This document shows positions 18,354 to 28,598 of a stretch of 64,000 nt of DNA, piece by piece. The position numbers and the translations under genes were made by a program. The notes under the pieces are model-generated. The model did no database searches. It had not been told where the DNA came from and saw only the letters and a list, made by a program, of their open reading frames with translations. The stretch's first letter is position 1, and each line of letters opens with the position of its first letter. This DNA comes from Candidatus Danuiimicrobium aquiferis (GTDB taxonomy: Bacteria > Omnitrophota > Omnitrophia > Omnitrophales > Danuiimicrobiaceae): positions 85,952 through 149,951 of the forward strand of contig MHFR01000037.1 in assembly GCA_001804285.1 (NCBI GenBank), read 5' to 3'.

Positions 18354-19555
18354 ATTCCGAAAAGCGCTTTATTCACCGACCATTCCCGGACACGATCGCG
18401 CTCGCCGGGAATCTGTAAACGAACTACTTTTGTCCTCTTCACATCCGAAAAAGCAACATAAACCAAACCGACCGGTTTTTTAGGCGTTCCACCCGTCGGC
18501 CCCGCAATTCCTGTAATTCCGACTCCCAGCGACGATCCACATTCTTCCCTGATACCCTTTGCCATTAATTTCGCAACGATCGATGAAACGGCACCATGTT
18601 TTTCAATAATAAGTGCCGGAATATCTAAAAAATTAATTTTGATTTGATTAGCATAGGCGCAAACACCCCCGAGAAAATATCGCGATGCACCCGATGGATC
18701 CGTCACCCGTTTCGCAAGCCATCCACCGGTACAGCTTTCCGCAACCGCTAAAGTTTTCTTCTTTTTTACAAATAGTTTCATGATCGCTTCCGAAAAATCT
18801 TCGTCTCCAAACGTATAGAGATTTTCTTTGAAAATAGCCTTTAATTCCCGCTTCAACCTTTCACGCAACACCCGATTCTTTGTTTTAATCCGAATAATCA
18901 CTTCTCCCGGAACCGGATAGATTCCGAAGTCAAATACCCGGCTTTTAAAAAACTGTTTGCCCAGCTTTGTCATCACCACCGGCTCGGAAACTCCGACAAT
19001 TTTTGCCTGTAATTTAAAAAAACTTTCTCGCTTTTTAAATTTTTTGAGAATTAAATTCCTGACGGAGGTTTTAAACATACCGTGGAGTTCTCTCGGAACA
19101 CCGGGGAGAACAACAATCAGCTTCCGGTTGTATTCAATGTAAAAACCAAGCGCAATTCCATAATGATTGAGGAGCGGTGTCCCGATATCCGGGAAAAGTG
19201 CTTCGCGTTTGGTTAACGAAGGGACGCGTTGTTTGATCTTTCGATAAAGGCGGACAATATGACGGTATTGTTCGGAATTAAACATTAAATCGCATCGAAA
19301 CCGCTTGGCAATGGCTTGTCGTGTCACATCATCGGGAGTCGGGCCTAATCCGCCGGTCAAAATAATGAGATCCGAACGCCCTAAGGCTTCGTCAATCACC
19401 CGGCCGATTTCCTCAATTTGATCATGACAGCTCGCCTGGCGAATCACGCAGAAGCCCAAATCGGTCAATTGTTTTGCCAGGTATTGAGCATTCGTATTTA
19501 AAGTAAATCCGCTGAGCAGCTCCGAGCCGATCGTAATAATGTCACAATGGGGCAT
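18329..19555 (-). CDS. cinA: CinA family protein (MocF-like plus CinA C-terminal NMN deamidase domain)
   Basis: 408 aa. N-terminal MoCF-biosynthesis-like domain (DIITIGSELLSG...ILTGGLGPT) and C-terminal CinA domain (LAVAESCTGG). Confidence 0.8.
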   Translation of the reverse strand: MPHCDIITIGSELLSGFTLNTNAQYLAKQLTDLGFCVIRQASCHDQIEEIGRVIDEALGRSDLIILTGGLGPTPDDVTRQAIAKRFRCDLMFNSEQYRHIVRLYRKIKQRVPSLTKREALFPDIGTPLLNHYGIALGFYIEYNRKLIVVLPGVPRELHGMFKTSVRNLILKKFKKRESFFKLQAKIVGVSEPVVMTKLGKQFFKSRVFDFGIYPVPGEVIIRIKTKNRVLRERLKRELKAIFKENLYTFGDEDFSEAIMKLFVKKKKTLAVAESCTGGWLAKRVTDPSGASRYFLGGVCAYANQIKINFLDIPALIIEKHGAVSSIVAKLMAKGIREECGSSLGVGITGIAGPTGGTPKKPVGLVYVAFSDVKRTKVVRLQIPGERDRVREWSVNKALFGIWTWIKKP

Positions 19556-20549
19556 AATGAATCAAAAGTTGAAGGATGATATTCGCGTAGACTCCGGCAA
19601 ACACATCATCAAGGACAATTCCATATCCTTTGTGAAATTTTCTCTCTATCAAAGAAATCGGAAAAGGTTTCCATATATCAAACAAACGGAATAAAACAAA
19701 ACCGGCAAGAATCGTTTGCCACCCGAGAGGAATCCATAAAAAAGTCATCATCATTCCGCAGACTTCATCAATCACGACAATTCCCGGGTCTTCATCTTTT
19801 TCTTTACTTGAAACCACGGTGCCCGCCCAAATCGCCGCAAGCGAGACAAGCAAAAAGGCCGCAGCCAAAATGAATTGATGCATTCCGAATAAAATGACGA
19901 GCGGAAGCGCGCTTAAACTCCCCCATGTTCCGGGAGCTATTTTGGCGTATCCGATTTTAAAAACGGTTGCGATCTGATACGCGATTTTTTCTTTAGTCTC
20001 CCGAGATAAGGCGGCAAAAAACAGGATTCCCGAGTAGATGGTAATCACATTCGCGAAAAAAATTCCGGCATAATTAACCACTTGCAGCACAGAAGTTAAA
20101 TGATCAAAATACCGGGCTAAAATTAAGGACAAAAAGGATATATAAATCGATCCGACTTGAATTCCAACCTTATATTTTCCCGCCTTTTCGGCAGGGATCA
20201 CTTCGCCCTTCCGCAGAAGAACCAACCGCGTCACCGTTACAACCACTTCGCGGATCAAAATCGGAATCACCCAAAAAACGGAATAAATTCCCAAGCATGC
20301 AAAACTGAAAAAAACACCTAAAATCAGGAATTTATCCGCGATTGGGTCCGCTATTTTCCCGAAGGCTGAGACAAGATTCTTCGTCCGCGCTAAATGACCG
20401 TCATACCAATCGGTAATAATCGCCAGTGTAAAAATAAATATCGAAAACCACGGATGATTGAGCGTCCTTTCCTGAAAAAGAAGGATCGGCACCGCTATCG
20501 CCATAAAAAACCGGAGCATGGTTAATAAATTCGGCGTAATGATTTTCAT
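19542..20549 (-). CDS. pgsA: fusion of CDP-diacylglycerol--glycerol-3-phosphate 3-phosphatidyltransferase and phosphatidylglycerophosphatase A
   Basis: 335 aa. The N-terminal CDP-alcohol phosphatidyltransferase motif is DWYDGHLARTKNLVSAFGKIADPIAD. The C-terminal PgpA-like half has IAPGTWGS...DPGIVVIDEV...FRLFDIWKP...GIVLDDVFAG. Confidence 0.7.
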   Translation of the reverse strand: MKIITPNLLTMLRFFMAIAVPILLFQERTLNHPWFSIFIFTLAIITDWYDGHLARTKNLVSAFGKIADPIADKFLILGVFFSFACLGIYSVFWVIPILIREVVVTVTRLVLLRKGEVIPAEKAGKYKVGIQVGSIYISFLSLILARYFDHLTSVLQVVNYAGIFFANVITIYSGILFFAALSRETKEKIAYQIATVFKIGYAKIAPGTWGSLSALPLVILFGMHQFILAAAFLLVSLAAIWAGTVVSSKEKDEDPGIVVIDEVCGMMMTFLWIPLGWQTILAGFVLFRLFDIWKPFPISLIERKFHKGYGIVLDDVFAGVYANIILQLLIHYAPL

Positions 20550-20552
20550 AAA

Positions 20553-22085
20553 TTAAACTACCTTTTCAAAGTCTCCTGTTAAATCGTATTCCTGATAGTC
20601 CGTAACCTTGGCCCGGACGAACTCGCCCGGATATAATTTCACTTGTCGCGGAACCTTAACTCGAAATATTCCGTCAATCTCCGGGGCATCCATATATGAG
20701 CGACCGGTATACCACGCACCCGTACCCGGTACCGTTTCCAAAAGTGCCGGGTTCTGGTTCACCTGAGTTAGAACCTGGCACTTTTGGAAACGGTACCGGA
20801 AGTCATCCTCAATAAGGACTTCCATCGTTCTTCCCTTTAGTCGCCGGTTCTTCTCTCTCGATACTTTCTGCTGAAGAACCATCCCCTCACGATACCGCTC
20901 TTTCTTCACTTTTTCCGGCACTTGATTTTTCATCAGCGCTGCGGAAGTTCCCTCTTCGCGGGAATACGTAAATATTCCGAGCCTCTCAAATCTGACCTCA
21001 CTCGCAAACCGGAGTAGTTCTCTAAAATCTTTTTCCGTTTCGCCGGGAAAACCCACAATCAACGACGTCCGGATCGCAATATCAGGAATTCGCTTTCGAA
21101 GTTTTTCGATCAATTTCAAAATGCTCTTTTTCGTCGTTGTTCGTTTCATCCTTCTCAAAACGGTATCGCTGATATGTTGCACCGGAATATCGATATAATG
21201 ACAAACCTTTTCCAGTTTGGCAATGGCTTCGATCAATGAATCGTTTACATAAGAAGGGTACGCATACATCACCCGAATCCAACGCAGACGCGGGATTTGA
21301 TTAAGATCGTGCAGCAAATCTTGCAATAACAACTTGTGATGCGTATCATAACCGAAATACGTCGTATCCTGCCCCGTCAAAATAAGCTCCCGGGCGCCTT
21401 CTTCGACAAGCTGCGCAGCCTCCCTCAGAATATCATCTATGAAACGTGACCGATACTTGCCACGGTATGACGGAATCGTGCAAAACGAACATTGATGACT
21501 GCAACCTTCTGAAATTTTAATGTAGCGGCTAAAAGGACTCGTCAGAGATACTCGCTTCATTGTCGAATTGTAAATATAGCCCGGCGAGCGAGTTATATGC
21601 ATTCCCGGTACCATTTCCAAAAGTGCCGGGTTCTGATTTCGAAAAAAGGGGACAGGCAATCGCTTACGTTGCGTCATATGCCTGTCCCCTTTTTGCCGGG
21701 TCATCGCCTGTTCCAAAACTTCGTTAATCAGATGATAATCCCCTGTCCCGACAAACGCATCAATTTCCCTGAACTCTTTTTTCATAACCTTCGGATAACG
21801 CTGAGGAAGGCATCCGACAACAACAATAAATTTAACTTTTCCTGTTTGCTTGAGCTTAATCAAATCAAGGATTCGATCGATCGATTCCTGTTTTGCATCA
21901 TGTATGAAAGCACACGTGTTAATCAGCGCAATATCACATCTCCCAACCTGCCCGATAACTTCATACTTGCCCGAGTCAAGCGCACCAAGAATAATTTCAC
22001 TATCAACCAGTGTTTTGGGACACCCCAAAGAAATCATTCCGACTTTCATCCGTTTCGGATTTAAAATTGATTTTACCTGTTTCAT
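20553..22085 (-). CDS. rimO: ribosomal protein S12 methylthiotransferase RimO (MiaB-family radical SAM MTTase) carrying two in-frame repeat insertions
   Basis: N-terminal MTTase domain (MKVGMISLGCPK...NTCAF); radical SAM motif CSHQCSFC; C-terminal TRAM domain (DAPEIDGIFRVKV...EYDLTGDF). The likely start is the ATG at 22085 (MKQVKS...). The track's longer ORF to 22226 runs through the family E repeat. The inserts are at 21603-21692 and 20722-20800. Confidence 0.75.
   Translation of the reverse strand: MKQVKSILNPKRMKVGMISLGCPKTLVDSEIILGALDSGKYEVIGQVGRCDIALINTCAFIHDAKQESIDRILDLIKLKQTGKVKFIVVVGCLPQRYPKVMKKEFREIDAFVGTGDYHLINEVLEQAMTRQKGDRHMTQRKRLPVPFFRNQNPALLEMVPGMHITRSPGYIYNSTMKRVSLTSPFSRYIKISEGCSHQCSFCTIPSYRGKYRSRFIDDILREAAQLVEEGARELILTGQDTTYFGYDTHHKLLLQDLLHDLNQIPRLRWIRVMYAYPSYVNDSLIEAIAKLEKVCHYIDIPVQHISDTVLRRMKRTTTKKSILKLIEKLRKRIPDIAIRTSLIVGFPGETEKDFRELLRFASEVRFERLGIFTYSREEGTSAALMKNQVPEKVKKERYREGMVLQQKVSREKNRRLKGRTMEVLIEDDFRYRFQKCQVLTQVNQNPALLETVPGTGAWYTGRSYMDAPEIDGIFRVKVPRQVKLYPGEFVRAKVTDYQEYDLTGDFEKVV
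20724..20800. repeat. family B palindromic element inserted in-frame in the rimO TRAM-domain region
   Basis: cccggtaccgtttccaaaagtgccgggttctggttcacctgagttagaacctggcacttttggaaacggtaccgg. It is translated as RYRFQKCQVLTQVNQNPALLETVPGT. Confidence 0.8.
21604..21697. repeat. half family B element plus family D hairpin element inserted in-frame in the rimO interdomain linker
   Basis: cccggtaccatttccaaaagtgccgggttctgatttcg followed by aaaaaaggggacaggcaatcgcttacgttgcgtcatatgcctgtcccctttttg. It is translated as KGDRHMTQRKRLPVPFFRNQNPALLEMVPG. Confidence 0.8.
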
Positions 22086-22270
22086 GGAGATATTGTACGA
22101 TTCCGCGGGCGAAAAGGAAGTGAATTTGAAAATACTATAGTTTGATGAAAACTTTTCCAGTGAATTTCCTTCCCCCCTTGCGGGGGAAGGTGCGGATGGG
22201 GGGGGATTCTCAAATCTCACCCCCACCTTTTTCCTCCCCCATCGAGGGGGAGGAAAGTATTCTGCGGGAC

Positions 22271-24634
22271 TTACTGAGATTCGGGAAGAGACGGCTCAGA
22301 GGTAATATTATCAACTAAAATATCGCGGGGTTTTGAACCCTGGGACGGGCCCACAATTCCTTCATCTTCCATCATATCGATAATTCTTGCGGCGCGGCCA
22401 TAGCCGAGACGAAGCTTGCGTTGAAGAACAGACACGGATGCCTGACGGGTTTCTAAAACCACTTGAACAGCCTCCTCATAAAGCTCATCCTTCTCGGCAT
22501 TACTGGCTTTAAGGTTTCCGCTTTGGATCCGTATGAGTTCCTCGGAATACTCGGGCTTTTGCTGGGCTTTAACGAACGCAACAATCCTGTTAATTTCTTC
22601 ATCGACAATCAATGCCGCTTGACCACGGATGGGTTTCGGTTGTCCCGGTTCAAGAAAAAGCATATCCCCTTTCCCAAGAAGTTTATCGGCACCGTTCATA
22701 TCGAGCACCGTTCGGGAATCAACCTTTGATGCAACTTTGAATGAAATTCTTGCCGGAAAATTGGCTTTAATCACACCCGTAATCACATCGACCGACGGCC
22801 GCTGAGTGGCCAAAATCAAATGAATTCCGACAGCTCTGGAAAGCTGTGCTAACCGCATAATAGCCGTTTCCACCCGGTCCTGCGCAATCATCATCAAATC
22901 TGCAAGTTCATCAATCACGACAATGATATAGGGCAACCGCTCTGGAATTTCAATTTCTTCTTCGGCAAATTTCGGAGTATTTTTACTATCGCGCAAATTA
23001 AATGCTTCGATATTTCGGGTCGTGCTGGCGGCAAGAATTTTATACCGTTTGTCCATCTCATTGACCACCCATTGAAGCGTCACGGCCGCTTTCTTCGGAT
23101 CCGTCACCACCGGAGTCATCATATGAGGAATGTCCCGGTAAATCGAAAGCTCCACCATCTTCGGATCAATCATCACAAATTTTAACTCGGCAGGCGTTTT
23201 TGAATATAGAAGCCCGGCGATAATCGAATTCACGCACACCGTCTTTCCGCTTCCCGTTGTTCCGGCAATCAACAAGTGAGGCATATCTTCAAGATCGGAA
23301 ACAATGGGTTTTCCGCTTGTATCTTTTCCTAAAATGAGCGGGAGATTAAATTTTCCACTTTTATATTCTTTCGATTCAATCAACTCGCGAAGCGTCACGA
23401 GAGCCGTCGTCGAATTCGGGATTTCAATTCCGATCGCTGATTTTCCCGGAATCGGCGCAATAAATCGAATACTGGTTGCTTTCAACGCAAGCGCCAAATC
23501 ATCGGATAGCCCGACGATTCGGGTGACTTTCATGCCGGGTGCCGGAAGCAGTTCGTAACGCGTAATCACCGGCCCCTGTTCAACAGCCGTCACTTTGACT
23601 TCGACACCGAAATCCGCGAGAGTTTCCTCTAAAATTTTAGAGTTCCCCTGCAGGTCATCTTCGATCTTCACCTCGCTTGAGTCTCTCGCCCGAAGCAAAT
23701 CAATCCCGGGCAATCGATAATCCTGATACGGAATGGGGGCCGAAACAGAAACCGGAGCATCCTCTTTAGGCTCATCCTTCTTCTTTCCGTCAGAGACACT
23801 GTCTGCCGTCTTTTTCGGCCTTGTCTCTTTTCCCTCGAAATCAGTTTCTTGCTTGGCAGCAGCCTCTCGTTTGGCCTTTAAAATCGCAAGCGCCTTTTCA
23901 TATTTATTGTCTTCTTTTTTCTGTTCTTCTTTCGCGTCTTCGGATTCGCCATATTTTTTTACTTTGGGCGGCACAAAAACCTTTTCCTGCTTGGGCTCAT
24001 CCTCTTTTCCAGGAATGCGTTTGCTGCGTTGCGGAGGAAGTCCTTGCTTTTTCGGAGGTAAGAATTTTTTAAACCATTTTGAAAAATTTGAAAAATATTG
24101 ACCCGCCCATCCCCAAAAGCGGCTCAATGCCGGATAAATCAGAAAATCCGTAGCCAGAATGAGCGATAACGCCAGAAAACATCCCGCAATAATGATCCCG
24201 CCAATCATTCCGACATACTTCCGGAAATACGCTGAAATGAGATATCCCACCACCCCGCCGGCCGAAATTTGCCAATCCTGAGGCACTGCAAGCGAAGCAA
24301 TCGCTGAAACAGAAATAATTGAAACAATAATTCCCAAAAGTTCGACCCACTTTTTGGAAGGAACTTTCTGGAGAAAATAACAACATGCCCAAAATAAGAA
24401 CAATGCCGGAATCGCAAACGAGCTGAGTCCGAATGTAAACCTAAGATAATGAGATAAATAGACGCCGACAATCCCGGTTACATTCCGGGGAGCTGAATTG
24501 GGATGTGAGGTATAAAAAGAAACATCACTGGGATGATAAAATAAAAGGCAAATTAGAGTAAACAGCCCGATGAGCAGACAAAATGTGCCGATGACCTCAT
24601 TTATTCTTTTTTGATTTGATTTGGACGACTTCAT
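22271..24634 (-). CDS. ftsK: DNA translocase FtsK
   Basis: 787 aa. N-terminal TM segments, a low-complexity K/E-rich linker, and a C-terminal FtsK/SpoIIIE ATPase (GTTGSGKTVCVNSII). Confidence 0.85.
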   Translation of the reverse strand: MKSSKSNQKRINEVIGTFCLLIGLFTLICLLFYHPSDVSFYTSHPNSAPRNVTGIVGVYLSHYLRFTFGLSSFAIPALFLFWACCYFLQKVPSKKWVELLGIIVSIISVSAIASLAVPQDWQISAGGVVGYLISAYFRKYVGMIGGIIIAGCFLALSLILATDFLIYPALSRFWGWAGQYFSNFSKWFKKFLPPKKQGLPPQRSKRIPGKEDEPKQEKVFVPPKVKKYGESEDAKEEQKKEDNKYEKALAILKAKREAAAKQETDFEGKETRPKKTADSVSDGKKKDEPKEDAPVSVSAPIPYQDYRLPGIDLLRARDSSEVKIEDDLQGNSKILEETLADFGVEVKVTAVEQGPVITRYELLPAPGMKVTRIVGLSDDLALALKATSIRFIAPIPGKSAIGIEIPNSTTALVTLRELIESKEYKSGKFNLPLILGKDTSGKPIVSDLEDMPHLLIAGTTGSGKTVCVNSIIAGLLYSKTPAELKFVMIDPKMVELSIYRDIPHMMTPVVTDPKKAAVTLQWVVNEMDKRYKILAASTTRNIEAFNLRDSKNTPKFAEEEIEIPERLPYIIVVIDELADLMMIAQDRVETAIMRLAQLSRAVGIHLILATQRPSVDVITGVIKANFPARISFKVASKVDSRTVLDMNGADKLLGKGDMLFLEPGQPKPIRGQAALIVDEEINRIVAFVKAQQKPEYSEELIRIQSGNLKASNAEKDELYEEAVQVVLETRQASVSVLQRKLRLGYGRAARIIDMMEDEGIVGPSQGSKPRDILVDNITSEPSLPESQ

Positions 24635-24636
24635 TG

Positions 24637-25095
24637 TTAGTTTAGACCGGTATGTCCGAAACCTCCTTCATTTCTTAAAGTAACGTCCAATTCATCGACA
24701 ATCTTGAAGTCAATTGCAGTAAACTTTGAAACGATCATTTGAGCAATCCTCATTCCCCGGCTGACCACAAACGAATCTTCCCCAAGGTTCATCATAATGA
24801 TTTTAATTTCTCCGCGGTAATCAGAGTCAACCGTTCCGGGTGAGTTCAACAGTCCGATTCCATGCTTAATCGCAAGGCCGCTCCTCGGACGAATTTGGGC
24901 TTCATATCCGGGAGGGAGGCTGATCGCGATCCCGGTCGGAATAAGCTCCCGCTTACCGGGGTGAATGACAACATTTTCATCCACAGCGGCATAAAGATCC
25001 ATGCCGCTTGCTCCTATACTTTGATACCCGGGAACCGGAAGTCCTTCGTGATGAGGAAATTTTTTAAGTCCAACCTCGACAGCGCTGTTATGCAT
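24637..25095 (-). CDS. dut: dUTP diphosphatase
   Basis: 152 aa with the five dUTPase motifs (AGMDL, RSGL, GTVDSDYRGE and others). Confidence 0.9.
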   Translation of the reverse strand: MHNSAVEVGLKKFPHHEGLPVPGYQSIGASGMDLYAAVDENVVIHPGKRELIPTGIAISLPPGYEAQIRPRSGLAIKHGIGLLNSPGTVDSDYRGEIKIIMMNLGEDSFVVSRGMRIAQMIVSKFTAIDFKIVDELDVTLRNEGGFGHTGLN

Positions 25096-27181
25096 TTTGC
25101 TGTTCTTTGAGTACCTGTTTCCTTGAGAGATTCAGCTTGCCGCGTTCATCGATCCCGATCAATTTGACAGTCACGATATCTCCCTCTTTCATATGATCCT
25201 CTACCCGCTTCACAAACGTCTCCGCCATTTCCGACACGTGCAGAAGTCCGTCCGTTCCGGGAAGGATTTCGCAAAACGCTCCGAACGGCATAATTTTCCG
25301 GACTTTCGCCTGGTAAATTTTCCCGATTTCGGGCTCTTGAGCCATTCCCTGAATCCGCTCGATGGCGATTTTGGAAGCCATCGCTTCGGTTGAACTCACA
25401 ATGACCCGGCCGTCATCCTCAATATCAATCGTCGCGCCGGATTCTTCTATAATCTTCCGGATATTTTTTCCGCCCGGGCCGATCAATTCACCGATTTTTT
25501 CCGGATTGATTTTGATGACCGTAATCCGGGGTGCATAGGCTGAAAGCTCTTCACGGGGGGTTTGAATCGCCTTCTGCATATCGTCTAAAATCTTGAGGCG
25601 GGCCTCTTTAGCGTCCTGCAATGCATCTTGAAGAATTTGATTCGTTACCCCTTCGATTTTAATATCCATCTGAATCGATGTGATTCCCTCGCGCGTCCCC
25701 GCGACTTTAAAATCCATATCACCTAAATGATCTTCAATGCCGGCAATATCCGTTAAAATTTTGAATTTATTTCCTTCTTTAATGAGCCCCATGGCTATAC
25801 CACTTACCGGTTTCTTGATCGGAACCCCGCAATCCATCAGCGCAAGCGTTCCCCCGCAAACGGTCGCCATCGAACTCGACCCGTTGGATTCCATAATATC
25901 GGAAACAATCCGGACAGCGTACGGGAATTCTTCATCTGTCGGCATCACCGCAGCCAAAGCCCTTTCCGCAAGAGCCCCGTGTCCGATTTCCCTGCGTCCC
26001 GGACCTCTGTTGGGTTTTACTTCGCCGACGCTAAACGACGGGAAATTATAATGGAGCATAAATCTTTTAGTATACTCCCCTTCCAGCGCATCAATTCTCT
26101 GTTCATCGCGGCTCGTTCCGAGCGTCGCAACGGCTAAACTTTGCGTTTCCCCGCGGGTAAATAACGCCGAACCGTGCGTGCGCGGCAACACTCCGACTTC
26201 ACATGTAATCGGACGAATTTGTTTAAACCCGCGTCCATCCGGCCGTTCACCGCGATCCAGAATCAGGTTGCGAACATAATGCTCTTCGCACTTATCGAAA
26301 CATGTTTTAATTTGAGCTTCATTAAAATTCGGATCTTCAGGGTTGAAAAGCGCAAGCGTCTCTTTATACAAAAGGTTGCGCCCATCATTTCGCTGCTCTT
26401 TTGTCGGCATCCGGAATACTTTGAGAAACCGGTCGCCCACAAACGATTCAACTTTATTTTTAATATCTTCCGGCAATTCGACAGGCGTCACTGCTTGCTT
26501 TTGCTTGCCGCACTGCTTCATTAAATCTTTTTGAAGCGCGATCACTATTTTAATATGATCTTTCGCAAATTGAATCGCGTCCAAAACAATTTTCTCCGAT
26601 TGTTCCCTCGCGCCGCCTTCGATCATGACAATATTTTCCTCGGTTGCCGCAACAACCATATCAAGATCGCTCTTCTCTAATTGTTCAAAGCTCGGATTCA
26701 CAATCAATTGGCCGTCCACCATTCCGACACGAACGGCACCCATCGGAATCGAAAATGGAATTCCCGAAATCAAAAGCGCTGCAGAGGCACCAATAATGGC
26801 CAGAATATCGGGTTGAACTTCGCCGTCAGCAGATAGCACGGTCGACATAACTTGCACTTCGTTAATATAATGTTCGGGAAATAGAGGACGCAAAGGACGA
26901 TCGATCAAACGCGACGTCAGCACTTCCCGTTCAGATGGTTTTCCTTCACGTTTAAAAAAACCTCCCGGAATTTTTCCGGCTGCGTAAGTTTTTTCGCGAT
27001 AATCAACCGTGAGCGGAAAAAAATCCTGTCCTTCCTTCGTTTCCATCGCCGCACAAGCCGTTGTCAACACAACCGTGCCGCCGCTTTGCACCCACACCGC
27101 GCCGTCAGACTGTTTGGCCACCCGTCCGGTTTCGATCATGATTTCATAATTTCCCAATTTTGTTTGTACTCTCGTCGTCAT
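25088..27181 (-). CDS. pnp: polyribonucleotide nucleotidyltransferase (PNPase)
   Basis: 697 aa with two RNase PH domains, a KH domain and an S1 domain. It lies downstream of rpsO as in most bacteria. Confidence 0.95.
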   Translation of the reverse strand: MTTRVQTKLGNYEIMIETGRVAKQSDGAVWVQSGGTVVLTTACAAMETKEGQDFFPLTVDYREKTYAAGKIPGGFFKREGKPSEREVLTSRLIDRPLRPLFPEHYINEVQVMSTVLSADGEVQPDILAIIGASAALLISGIPFSIPMGAVRVGMVDGQLIVNPSFEQLEKSDLDMVVAATEENIVMIEGGAREQSEKIVLDAIQFAKDHIKIVIALQKDLMKQCGKQKQAVTPVELPEDIKNKVESFVGDRFLKVFRMPTKEQRNDGRNLLYKETLALFNPEDPNFNEAQIKTCFDKCEEHYVRNLILDRGERPDGRGFKQIRPITCEVGVLPRTHGSALFTRGETQSLAVATLGTSRDEQRIDALEGEYTKRFMLHYNFPSFSVGEVKPNRGPGRREIGHGALAERALAAVMPTDEEFPYAVRIVSDIMESNGSSSMATVCGGTLALMDCGVPIKKPVSGIAMGLIKEGNKFKILTDIAGIEDHLGDMDFKVAGTREGITSIQMDIKIEGVTNQILQDALQDAKEARLKILDDMQKAIQTPREELSAYAPRITVIKINPEKIGELIGPGGKNIRKIIEESGATIDIEDDGRVIVSSTEAMASKIAIERIQGMAQEPEIGKIYQAKVRKIMPFGAFCEILPGTDGLLHVSEMAETFVKRVEDHMKEGDIVTVKLIGIDERGKLNLSRKQVLKEQQNA

Positions 27182-27236
27182 ATTTTTCCCTGCCTATTTC
27201 TTGATTTTCATCATATTGAATTTTTCCGGATCTCTT

Positions 27237-27506
27237 TTATTTTCTGAGTTCCAGTTCCTTAATTATTTTCTGATAACGCTCGGGGTAAGTCTTCTGCATG
27301 TAATTGAGCAAACGCTTGCGCCGCTCAACCATCTTAATCAGTCCCAAACGTGAGTGATGGTCCTTCTTATTCACCGCAAAATGCTTCGTTAACTCATTAA
27401 TCCTGGTCGTTAATAAAGCAATTTGGACATCATCGGAACCCGTATCCTTCTCGCTCCGTTGAAATTTTTTCACGACAGTTGTTTTCTTTTCTTTTGTTAG
27501 TGCCAT
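27237..27506 (-). CDS. rpsO: 30S ribosomal protein S15
   Basis: 89 aa; ...DTGS.EVQIALLT.RI..LT.HF..NKKDHHSRRGL... Confidence 0.95.
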   Translation of the reverse strand: MALTKEKKTTVVKKFQRSEKDTGSDDVQIALLTTRINELTKHFAVNKKDHHSRLGLIKMVERRKRLLNYMQKTYPERYQKIIKELELRK

Positions 27507-27590
27507 TCTTTCTCCTTAAACATTGATTAATTTTATCGGCTGTCACTTGCGCATGCTTTAAATGCGTCTATTGCCTTTTTGACTTAAACT

Positions 27591-28598
27591 TCAAGATATT
27601 CTGAAAATAGGATGCTCATCGAGCCACTTCTTGGCTATTGTAACATCTTTTTCAATTTGTTCACACAAAGATTCTTGATCTGTAAATGTCCTCTCGCCCC
27701 GGATACAAGCGCCCACCGTAACCTCTACAAGAGCCCCTTTCAGCTCATCGTGGTAATCAAGAATATGAACTTCCGGAACAGGCTTTCCATCCTTCTCAAA
27801 AGTCGGGCACTTTCCATAATACATGACACCGGACAGCAGTTTACCGGTTTTATTCACCCGAAAGTCATGCCATCCTGCCGAGGATTCCACCATCTCGCAG
27901 TCAATGACGCGAATCCATACGGCATAAATCCCTTCGGGGGGCATGGTTTCACTGTGAGTATCTAAATTGGCTGTCGGATAGCCGAGCATTTTTCCACGCC
28001 CGTGACCACTCACCGCTTCTCCAAAAAATGAGTACGGCTTTCCTAAGAGCATTTGCGCTTTTCCCAAATCTCCTTGCTGAATCACCTTCCGGATCAAAGT
28101 ACTGGAGGCAACTTCTGATCCAACCATAACAGATTTGATTTCATGAAATTTGAAATCACCTTTCGCAGCATATGGCTTCATGAATGCGGCGTTCCCCCGC
28201 CGATCGTTCCCGAAATGCGCATTAAACCCCAAACACACTTCCTTCACTCCCAACGAACCCATCAACACATGCCGAACGAACTCATCTGCTCCCGTTCTGG
28301 CAAATTCGGCCGAAAAATCGAGGAGAAAACAAAGTTCAATCGAGGCTTGGTGCAACAGATACAGCTTATGCATCATCGAGGTTAATATCGTCGGAGCATC
28401 ACCGTGCGCAAGCACTCTGCGCGGGTGTTGTTTAAATGTAAGCACCGCAGCCGTGCCTTTTATTTTTCGCGCTTCATCGGTCACAAAACGGACAATCTCT
28501 TGGTGCCCTCGATGAAACCCGTCGAAATTTCCAAGCGCTAAAACCAAGTTGGGATATTCCATTTTACGATAATGTGAAAGATCCGTAATGATTTTCAT
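27591..28598 (-). CDS. ribF: bifunctional riboflavin kinase / FMN adenylyltransferase
   Basis: 335 aa; the N-terminal FAD synthetase has GNFDGFHRGHQ, and a C-terminal riboflavin kinase domain follows. Confidence 0.9.
   Translation of the reverse strand: MKIITDLSHYRKMEYPNLVLALGNFDGFHRGHQEIVRFVTDEARKIKGTAAVLTFKQHPRRVLAHGDAPTILTSMMHKLYLLHQASIELCFLLDFSAEFARTGADEFVRHVLMGSLGVKEVCLGFNAHFGNDRRGNAAFMKPYAAKGDFKFHEIKSVMVGSEVASSTLIRKVIQQGDLGKAQMLLGKPYSFFGEAVSGHGRGKMLGYPTANLDTHSETMPPEGIYAVWIRVIDCEMVESSAGWHDFRVNKTGKLLSGVMYYGKCPTFEKDGKPVPEVHILDYHDELKGALVEVTVGACIRGERTFTDQESLCEQIEKDVTIAKKWLDEHPIFRIS

Noticed and set aside
22086-22226. N-terminal extension of rimO (MGVRFENPPPSAPSPARGEGNS...)
   Set aside because: It runs through the GC-rich family E hairpin repeat. 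The conserved RimO N-terminus begins at MKQVKS/MKVGMISLGCPK.
27182-27236. An rpsO-pnp intergenic RNase III-type regulatory hairpin as in E. coli
   Set aside because: The 55-bp gap is AT-rich and shows no convincing stem-loop.
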